Made by a program: the position numbers and the translations under genes. Shown here piece by piece: positions 59,407 to 64,000 of a DNA stretch of 64,000 nucleotides (positions are counted from its first letter, which is position 1; each line of letters begins with the position of its first letter). Below the pieces are notes generated by a model. The model made no database searches. It was not told where the DNA came from and saw nothing but the letters and a program-made list of their open reading frames with translations. The stretch is taken from positions 2,500,211-2,564,210 of the forward strand of contig CAWIMX010000001.1 of assembly GCA_963837345.1 (NCBI GenBank). The letters run 5' to 3'. This DNA comes from an uncultured Acidobacteriota bacterium. Lineage in GTDB: Bacteria; Acidobacteriota; Vicinamibacteria; Vicinamibacterales; CAVVIG01.

Positions 59407-59881
59407 TCAGGGCAGCCCGGCGATCGTCTTCAGCATGTCCATGCTCGTGACGATGCCGACCGGCGCGTCGCCCTCCGTCACAATCAGCCGATGGATGTGC
59501 GCCTGGACCATGATCCGCGCGACATCCGCCACCGATGCCGTCGCCGGCACACGATGGACCGTCGGCGTCATCACATCTCGGACGGTCGCCGCCCGCTCCT
59601 CGCCGTACCTGATCACCCGGCTCTTCGAACCTGACGTTCGAGGTGTCGTCGCGGTAGAAGTCCGAGCTTCGCGTCGAGTCGAAATCGGACGGTTCGGCCA
59701 CGTTGCGGCCGATGTCGGTCATCGAGACCACGCCGATGAGGTGTCCCTGCCCGTCGACGACGGGCGCGCCAGAGATTTCCCGCTCGATGAGATATCGAGC
59801 GAGCGCGTCGGTCGTCATCTCGTCGCTGACCGTCATGATGTCCGGGTTCATGATGTCTTTCACCGTCCGCGTCGTGGTCAT
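59407..59881 (-). pseudogene. CBS-pair domain protein, frame broken by one extra G in a G-run (or assembly error)
   Basis: CBS1 (MTTTRTVKDIMNPDIMTVS...GAPVVDGQGHLIGVVSMTDI) and CBS2 (TVRDVMTPTVHRV...IHRLIVTEGDAPVGIVTSMDML) are in different frames. The switch is at 59616-59618. The gene is 475 nt, which is 158 codons plus 1 nt. Confidence 0.75.
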
Positions 59882-59957
59882 CGTGCCGGCCTCCAAATGT
59901 TCGTGAATGTGCCCGAAGGGACCGCGCCGAGCGGCGGTCGATCGACTTGCGCCTCCC

Positions 59958-60236
59958 TCAGCCGCCGCCGACCTTGCGGGGCGTTCGCGTGCGGGGGGCG
60001 AAGCCGCGGGCGGTCGAAGCCTTCCACGGCTGGTGCGTCTGGTGTTTGGGGGTCCGGGGAGGCGACGAGGCGGCCGGCGGCTGCGCCGGGTCCGTCGTCG
60101 CGCCGGCGCCCGCTTTCGCGCGTTCGGCTGCAGCCTTTGCCTCGTCTTTCGCGAGGCAGCAGTGCTTGTACTTGCGGCCGGACCCGCAATAACAGGGCTC
60201 GTTGCGTCCCGGGCGTGGGCTGGAAGACATGGTCAC
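59958..60236 (-). CDS. SEC-C motif (SecA-type zinc-binding) mini-protein
   Basis: 92 aa. N-terminal NEPCYCGSGRKYKHCC, with the remainder Ala/Pro-rich and basic. Confidence 0.6.
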   Translation of the reverse strand: MTMSSSPRPGRNEPCYCGSGRKYKHCCLAKDEAKAAAERAKAGAGATTDPAQPPAASSPPRTPKHQTHQPWKASTARGFAPRTRTPRKVGGG

Positions 60237-60277
60237 TGGCTCGAGTGTACCTCAGTCGAACCGCGCCGGCTCGCGTC

Positions 60278-61861
60278 TCAGCGCGATCGCCTCGGCCGCC
60301 AGGACAACCCGAGCTCGAACAAGCTCCTCGACGCGAACGTGGACGTGAACAGGTTCGAGAGCAGCCCGATCGCCAGCGTGACGGCGAAGCCGCGGACCGG
60401 GCCGGTACCGAATTGAAAGAGAAACGCCGTCGCGACCAGGGCGGCGAGGTGCGTATCGACGAGCGTCACGAACACCCGCCGGAAGCCCGCATCGATCGAC
60501 GCACGAACGCTGCGCCCGGCCGCGCGCTCCTCCTTGATGCGCTCGAACACCAGCACGCTCGAATCGACGCCGACGCCCATCGTCAGGACGAACCCCGCGA
60601 TCCCTGGCAGCGTCACGATCACCCCGAGGTAGGCCATCCAGCCGAGCACGATCACGAGATTCAACACCAACGCGATCACGGCGTTGACGCCGGCCCGCCG
60701 GTAGTACGCCAGCATGAACAGAACGACGAGCAGCAGTCCCACAATCGACGCGACCATGCCGGCCCGCACGGCGTCGGCTCCGAGGCTGGGCCCGATCGTC
60801 TGTTCCTCGACGATCGACAGCGGCGCGTCGAGCGAGCCGGATCGCAGGACGATGGCCAGATCCTGGGCCTCCTGTGGCGTGAATCGTCCATGGATCAGAC
60901 CGTCTGTGGTAATGACGTTCTCGATCCGCGCGACCGACCGGATGTGCCCGTCGAGGACGATCGCAAGCTCGCGCCCGAGATGGCCGGCGGTGGCTTTCCC
61001 GAACGTCACGCCACCGTCGCGGCTGAGCGTGAACCGAACAGCGGGCAGGCCGTTGTCGTCGACCACGGGCCGCGCGCTGCGAAGGTCGCGGCCGGTGACG
61101 GCTGCCCGTCCGAGTGCGAAGTACTGCACGGCGCCGTCGCCCGTATCGGTGACGTCGTCGTCGGCGATCTGGCCGCCTAGTTCGAGCGATTGACCTTCCA
61201 GAGCCCCTCGCGTCGGTGACGGACCTCGTTCGACCATCCGGAGCTCGAGCACTCCCATCGTCTGGATGAGCGACGTCGCCCTGGCGAGATCGGCGACACC
61301 CGGGAGCTGTACCAGGATCTCGTCGCCGTCACGCCCTTGTGGAGCAATGTTCGGCTCGCTGACGCCGAGGTCATTGACCCGGCGTTCAATCGTCTCGCGC
61401 GCTTGCAGGAGAGCCTGGCCGCGCAGCTTCATGCGGACGTCCGGACGCATGGCGAAGGTGAAGGCGTCGTTCGAGCCACGCGTCCGCGTGAACGTCGCGT
61501 TCACGTCGGCCGTCGCGTCACGAAAGGCGGCGGCCTGCTCGGGAGAAACGCCCTCGACGATGAATCCGGCGGGCCCTGTCGAGGTGATGGTCGTGAACGA
61601 GACGCCGGCGGTTTCGAGCGCCTGGCGCAGGTGCTCGATGGCGCTCAGCGTTTCAGACCGCCACGCCTCCTCGGTCTGCACGCGCAGCACGAGGTGGACG
61701 CCGCCCTTCAGATCGAGGCCGAGCTTCAACTGCTTGTCGAGCAGCCAGCTCGGCCCGCCGAGTCGGTAGCGCGCCGCGACGATCGGGTAGATGCCGACCG
61801 CGCCGAAGACCCCGAGAACGACGAGAATGACGACAACCTTCGCATAGACACGTCGAGCCAT
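60278..61861 (-). CDS. secD: protein translocase subunit SecD
   Basis: ATG at 61861, 5 nt after GGGAGGA. KLGLDLKGGVHLVL, the periplasmic P1 domain, and the C-terminal 6-TM region (GIAGFVLTMGVGVDSSVLVFERIKEE) are all present. Confidence 0.9.
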   Translation of the reverse strand: MARRVYAKVVVILVVLGVFGAVGIYPIVAARYRLGGPSWLLDKQLKLGLDLKGGVHLVLRVQTEEAWRSETLSAIEHLRQALETAGVSFTTITSTGPAGFIVEGVSPEQAAAFRDATADVNATFTRTRGSNDAFTFAMRPDVRMKLRGQALLQARETIERRVNDLGVSEPNIAPQGRDGDEILVQLPGVADLARATSLIQTMGVLELRMVERGPSPTRGALEGQSLELGGQIADDDVTDTGDGAVQYFALGRAAVTGRDLRSARPVVDDNGLPAVRFTLSRDGGVTFGKATAGHLGRELAIVLDGHIRSVARIENVITTDGLIHGRFTPQEAQDLAIVLRSGSLDAPLSIVEEQTIGPSLGADAVRAGMVASIVGLLLVVLFMLAYYRRAGVNAVIALVLNLVIVLGWMAYLGVIVTLPGIAGFVLTMGVGVDSSVLVFERIKEERAAGRSVRASIDAGFRRVFVTLVDTHLAALVATAFLFQFGTGPVRGFAVTLAIGLLSNLFTSTFASRSLFELGLSWRPRRSR

Positions 61862-61927
61862 GAGATTCCTCCCATCCACGCACCCAGACACACCACGACC
61901 GGATTGACGGTTCGGGCGGGCGGGGAA

Positions 61928-62266
61928 TCAGATGAGCAGAGGAAACGTGTCCGGGTGCGGAGGTCCGTGTGGAGCGGGATCGTCAAGCCGCGTCGAGGAC
62001 GTGCAGGCCGCGACGTCGGCGAACGGCGCGACGCGAGATGCCACCTCGCGGCAGGAATAGCCCACCGCCGATGCTGCAGACGACCCGACAAGGGCCGGGA
62101 GGGGGCCGTCGATGTGAGAGGCCGGGGGGACGCTCGACGGCCGCGTGTGACGCGCCGCGGGACAATCGGGGGATCCCAGCCGCACGGGCGCGTGGGCGCC
62201 GCTCACGGACCACGCGCCGAGCGACAGGAGCAGTGTCGCCGTCGTCAACCAGGCGAAAGACCGCAC
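61928..62266 (-). CDS. hypothetical small secreted protein
   Basis: 112 aa with signal-like MRSFAWLTTATLLLSLGAWSVSGAHA and high third-position GC. No family recognised. Confidence 0.35.
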   Translation of the reverse strand: MRSFAWLTTATLLLSLGAWSVSGAHAPVRLGSPDCPAARHTRPSSVPPASHIDGPLPALVGSSAASAVGYSCREVASRVAPFADVAACTSSTRLDDPAPHGPPHPDTFPLLI

Positions 62267-62298
62267 GAGACAGGCTACTATGAAAGCGCGGCGTCTGT

Positions 62299-63276
62299 AT
62301 GGAACCTGTCCTGGACCTGATTCACGAACAGCTCTCGGATCGACGCAGCCGGTTGGCGGCGGCTGCGGACCGGGTGGCCGACCGGACGGCGTTGGATGGC
62401 CTGCTGCTGGAGGTGGACGACGCCCTCGCTCGCGTCTCCACGGGATCGTACGGGCTGTGCGACCACTGCCATGGTCCCATCGAGACGGACCGGCTCCTGT
62501 CGGACCCTCTGACGCGGCTGTGCCTCGACTGTCTGTCGCCGGCCGAATTGCGCGCCCTCGAGCGCGATATCGAGACCGCGGCGCAGATCCAGGCCGGTCT
62601 GCTGCCGCCGTCTGCCATCAGTCACGGCTCATGGGAAGCCGCCTACCGGTACCACCCGGCGCGTCTCGTGAGCGGCGACTACTGCGACATCGTGCCGGCG
62701 GGCGACGGCCGGCTGCACTTCTTCCTGGGCGACGTGGCGGGCAAGGGCATTGCGGCCTCGATGGTAATGGCACAGTTGCACGCGATGTTCCGGACGCTGA
62801 TGCCTCTCGATCTGCCACTCGTGGACATCGTCGGACGCGCGAGCCGGCTGCTGTGCGAGAGCACGCTCTCCACGCAGTACGCCACGCTCGTGAGCGGCAC
62901 GCTGGAGCCCTCGGGCGCCGTCTCGCTGTGCAACGCGGGGCATCCGGCGGCGCTGCTCGTGCGCGAGGAAGACGTCGTGTGCCTCGAGTCGACGGGCATG
63001 CCCCTCGGCATGTTCTGCACCCAGGCGTACGCGGTTGCCCAGGCATCGATGGCCCCGGGCGACACACTGCTGCTCTACACGGACGGCGTGACCGAGGCCC
63101 AGAACGCGGCGGGGGAGGACTACGGCGTTGCCCGTCTGCTCGATCTCGCGCGACAGCGCCGCCGCGACACGCTTGCCGTTCTGCTCGATGCGTGCCTGGA
63201 GGACGTGCGCACCCATCGCGGACTGGCGTCGCCGCACGACGACATCACGGTAATGGCAGTGCGGCGCGTGGGGTAG
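62299..63276 (+). CDS. DksA/TraR-type C4 zinc finger fused to a SpoIIE/PP2C-type phosphatase domain
   Basis: CDHC-x17-CLDC zinc finger after a coiled N-terminal region. This is followed by the PPM pattern SGDYCDIV, FFLGDVAGKGIAASMVMA, LCNAGHP, LYTDGVTEA and HDDITVMAV. Confidence 0.75.
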   Translation: MEPVLDLIHEQLSDRRSRLAAAADRVADRTALDGLLLEVDDALARVSTGSYGLCDHCHGPIETDRLLSDPLTRLCLDCLSPAELRALERDIETAAQIQAGLLPPSAISHGSWEAAYRYHPARLVSGDYCDIVPAGDGRLHFFLGDVAGKGIAASMVMAQLHAMFRTLMPLDLPLVDIVGRASRLLCESTLSTQYATLVSGTLEPSGAVSLCNAGHPAALLVREEDVVCLESTGMPLGMFCTQAYAVAQASMAPGDTLLLYTDGVTEAQNAAGEDYGVARLLDLARQRRRDTLAVLLDACLEDVRTHRGLASPHDDITVMAVRRVG

Positions 63277-63336
63277 CCGCGCTCACTTCGGCGTCGCGAA
63301 CGCGATCGAGCCGCCGGACGTGGCACCGTCTGTCGG

Positions 63337-63852
63337 TCACCGCGGACGCCCGGTAAAGACGGGCACGAGCAGGTACTCGGAGAGCGCATCGGCACTCTCG
63401 AACACGCGCCCCGTACTGGGCGTGCGGATCTGGAGCGTGTCCCCTGGCCCGGGGGTAAACACGAGCTGGAGGCGATGCTCGCGCGGCGGCAAGCCATCGA
63501 CCGACGTGAACTCGTAGCGGCAATCCATCACCGCGGCGTCGAGGTGCGGGGTGACTGTGAGCGTCACAGCCGGAGACGCCGGCTTGCGCACCACAAACCC
63601 CCCGGTCGTTTCGTCCGGGTTGACGAGGATGTCGCGGGTGGATGCCTGCTCGAATTCGCGTCGGAACGCCACGGCGTCACGGGCGATCGCGACGCGAAGG
63701 TCGTTCACGAGACGGCGGCCGCTTCGCCGAACGAGGTCCTCCCGGTGGGCGACAACCTCGTCCTCTCGCACGCGCACATCGTCCCGTTTGCGCTCGTCGG
63801 CCGCAATCCGTTTGATCCAGTCCGCCGTAGGTCCGCGTGTCGTTTCGATCAT
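63337..63852 (-). CDS. hypothetical protein
   Basis: 171 aa from the ATG at 63852 (the track ORF starts at a TTG at 63879). No family recognised. Confidence 0.5.
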   Translation of the reverse strand: MIETTRGPTADWIKRIAADERKRDDVRVREDEVVAHREDLVRRSGRRLVNDLRVAIARDAVAFRREFEQASTRDILVNPDETTGGFVVRKPASPAVTLTVTPHLDAAVMDCRYEFTSVDGLPPREHRLQLVFTPGPGDTLQIRTPSTGRVFESADALSEYLLVPVFTGRPR

Positions 63853-64000
63853 CTCATCACCATGACGATTCAGCGCCAACCCTCCGGGGACGTTCCTTTC
63901 GGCTGGCGATAGCCAAGCCCACGGTCAGGAGCCTCGAGTCGGGCCCCGGCGCACGCTCTTCGCACGTTGCGGGTCGAGGGCGCCCCGCCATCACAGGTCC

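Overview
High-GC bacterial chromosomal window. All family calls below come from motifs read in the ORF-track translations, because no database search was possible. The gene content suggests an Acidobacteriota-like organism (inference): three ADOP-type duplicated orphan permeases, one paired with PadR, plus alternative complex III and BON/CsbD stress genes.

Layout:
- 878-13025 (minus strand): one respiratory block of alternative complex III (actA-F plus a small ActG-like protein), SCO1 and a caa3-type cytochrome c oxidase, with start/stop overlaps at most junctions.
- 12923-16093: a peptidase / beta-propeller / Omp85-barrel fusion gene directly upstream of that block.
- 16.2-21.1 kb: a stress-type cluster (BON, CsbD, AI-2E transporter, YihY, ferritin-like, SYLF, CheY-like regulator).
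- 21.3-27.6 kb: tamA-tamB.
- 27.6-29.7 kb: a sigma-54 activator and histidine kinase.
- 29.8-30.7 kb: an unusual intergenic region with a tandem repeat array flanked by two divergent sigma-54-like promoter motifs.
- 30.7-35.5 kb: an SDR, a heme-c/copper-monooxygenase-like pair and an FAH-family hydrolase.
- 35.8-38.4 kb: a lower-GC array of integron-type attC sites with no integrase in the window (CALIN-like). It carries a ParE toxin-antitoxin cassette, orphan ORFs and decayed cassettes.
- 38.6-49.2 kb: the three ADOP permeases, a DEAD-box helicase and PadR with a palindromic operator/promoter.
- 49.5-63.9 kb: housekeeping and miscellaneous genes (DUF5916-like barrel, pepT, phosphoesterase, Hsp20, acyl-CoA ligase / LbH acyltransferase / hydrolase trio, CBS protein, SEC-C mini-protein, secD, and a DksA-zinc-finger/SpoIIE phosphatase fusion).

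A recurring observation is that several conserved genes (ctaE, actD, the DUF5916-like gene, pepT, the CBS gene, and cassette genes) are broken by small indels or an in-frame TGA. This is either assembly error or real pseudogenisation. No rRNA, tRNA or CRISPR array was recognised.
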